Assembly: GCA_964016885.1 (NCBI GenBank)
Contig: OZ024752.1
Location: 1,736,001 to 1,800,000, forward strand
Direction of reading: 5' to 3'
DNA: 64,000 bases
Origin: Eledone cirrhosa
Lineage: Eukaryota
Shown here: piece after piece, positions 57,060 to 64,000 of the stretch
Layout of the letters: each line of letters starts with the position of its first letter
Numbering within the stretch: position 1 is the stretch's first letter
Translations under genes and position numbers: made by a program
The notes under the pieces: generated by a model
Database searches by the model: none
Told to the model about the DNA's origin: nothing
Seen by the model: the letters and a program-made list of their open reading frames with translations, nothing else

Positions 57060-57288
57060 ATATATATATATTAATATATGTGTGTGTGTGTGTATGTATA
57101 TATGTACGTATATATATGCAAGTATATATATATATGTATATAAATATCTATATATATGTATATATATATATATAGATATGTATATATATATATGTATATA
57201 TGTATATATATATGTATATACGTGTATATATATGTATATATGTATATATGTATATATATGTGTATATATGTATATATATATGTGTGTG

Positions 57289-57353
<65 letters not shown>

Positions 57354-57414
57354 GTAGGTATGAATGTATGTATATATATATATATGTATATATATACATG
57401 TATATATATATATG

Positions 57415-57506
<92 letters not shown>
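57060..57506. repeat. Interrupted (TA)n array
   Basis: Directly visible. Confidence 0.95.
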
Positions 57507-57507
<1 letters not shown>

Positions 57508-58636
57508 CATCATCATCACCGTTTTACGTCCGTTCTTCCACGCTAGCATGGGTTAGACGGGTTGTCCTGTTGTGTGCAGTGTCTGGTCGGCTGACCATGC
57601 CTTGCTCATACAGGAACTGATCTGGCTTGATTTCTACAGCTGGATGCCCTTCCTAACACCAACCTCAGTTACAGTGAGTGCTGGGTGCTTTTTCGTGGCG
57701 CCTACACGTCCACTTTACAGTGTGGGCTGGGTGCTTTTTTGCCGCGGCACCTCCACGACCACCTTGCGGTGGGGTGTGTGGGGGGATATTGTTTATATGC
57801 TTCAGCATGTAACCATGGGAGGTCGGGTACTCTGTATTACTGCGTGACGCCAGAAGTCACGGTCGTGTGTCATTGTCTTTGAGAGGTGTAGTTGGGTAAG
57901 GTCGGCTTTTATCACCTCATCCCAGGCCATCTTGGGTCTCCCCACTCCGCGGTTTCCATCAACTTCTAGTGCTCTGCACCTTTTTATGCAGCTGTCATCC
58001 TTCATACGCATCACATGTCCATACCAGCGCAACCGCCTCTCCTGCACACAGCATTTGATTCCTCTTATGCTCAGTCTCTCTCTCAATTCATTTATGCTTT
58101 GTCGTTCACGTATATTACTGTTACACATCCATCGGAGCATGCAGGCTTCGTTTCTCTCTAATCTACGTAGCTCTTCCACCTTCAGCGCCCAGGTCTCACT
58201 ACCATGCAACATCGCTGTTCGGATACACGCATCATACAGTCTGCCTTTCATTCTGAGGGAGAAGCATTTTGCAGCTAGCAGTGGTAGTAGTTCCCTGAAC
58301 TTCTTCCATCCCGTTCTTACCCTAGTTATTGTACTTTCTGAACACCCACCTCCGTTGCTAATTCGGTCACCTAGGTAGCAGAAGCTGTCTACTGTTTCTA
58401 CAGGGCCCTTCCAGAGATTGGTGGTAATTGTTTCCTGTGGCTGTTTGCTGCTTGCTGTTTCAGCACAGCTGCTGCATGTGAATCCTACATTCTTAATTAA
58501 GCTTCCTGAGATCCCGCTACATCTCTTGTGTACCCATTGTTTGCATTTGGGGCAGAGAATGGAGTTCTTACCTACACCTTTCCTACATACTGAGCAAGGC
58601 CATTTCCCTGAGGGGATCTGGGTTCTGTTTTCTCGT
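57506..58636 (-). mobile_element. 5'-truncated RTE-like LINE with a Cys-rich (PHD-like) insert in RT and (GAT)n tail
   Basis: Minus [24 protein letters not shown]...FTCSSC, SFCYLGD, KGRLYDACIRTAMLHGSETW, RLRWYGHVMRM; 3' UTR has GGATGCCCTTCCTAAC on plus and ends in CATCATCATC. Confidence 0.88.
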
Positions 58637-62184
<3,548 letters not shown>

Positions 62185-62390
62185 AACGGAAAAAATGAAA
62201 CGATATTTCATTTCCCACTCTTAGTACGGCTGTTACTTAAATATAAGTATGTACACGTACATACATATATGTATACCGACGTACAGTAGTATGTATATAT
62301 ATATATACATACATGCACACATATATATATGCACGTATGGATTCACCGAACATTTATTATAATGCTCAGTATATACATATATGTATACCA

Positions 62391-62517
62391 ACGAGTGTGA
62401 CTTTTTAGTCCAGTCGCTGGCTGGACTAAAAAGTCACACTCGTCAGCGCATCGGTAGGCGTTCTCCTACATGGATTTAAGGTAGTGGCCGTATTCGAAAA
62501 CGAGTTGGCAGCCACCA
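62391..62517. repeat. Small fold-back hairpin (23-bp perfect arms) plus tail
   Basis: ACGAGTGTGACTTTTTAGTCCAG (62391-62413) / CTGGACTAAAAAGTCACACTCGT (62421-62443); unique sequence continues to (TA)n at 62518. Confidence 0.75.

Positions 62518-64000
<1,483 letters not shown>

Overview
AT-rich eukaryotic (metazoan) intergenic/intronic DNA. The SINE families and huge (TA)n arrays suggest a cephalopod such as Octopus, which is an inference. No host protein-coding gene is recognisable, and nearly all long ORFs in the track are (TA)n read-throughs. The window holds decayed retroelements (several RTE LINEs, a Tx1/L1-like LINE, a CR1-like LINE, an R4/Dong-like RLE element, two tRNA-derived SINE families) among multi-kb interrupted (TA)n arrays. 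The most striking content is a dense Penelope-like element (PLE) system. (1) Four GIY-YIG-bearing PLE fragments each end in a minimal type I hammerhead ribozyme (HHR), and further HHRs stand alone, including U3-A8 core variants. (2) About nine short fold-back 'hairpin + one-sided tail' insertions, mostly in (TA)n, copy the inverted-pLTR architecture, and one of them carries a tRNA-derived Pol III head. (3) Terminal nucleotides are reiterated in a telomerase-like way at PLE junctions and appear to seed an adjacent TA satellite. (4) A conserved AGTTAYCTCCC motif lies between ORF and ribozyme in three different PLE families. All calls come from reading by eye; no alignments or searches were run.
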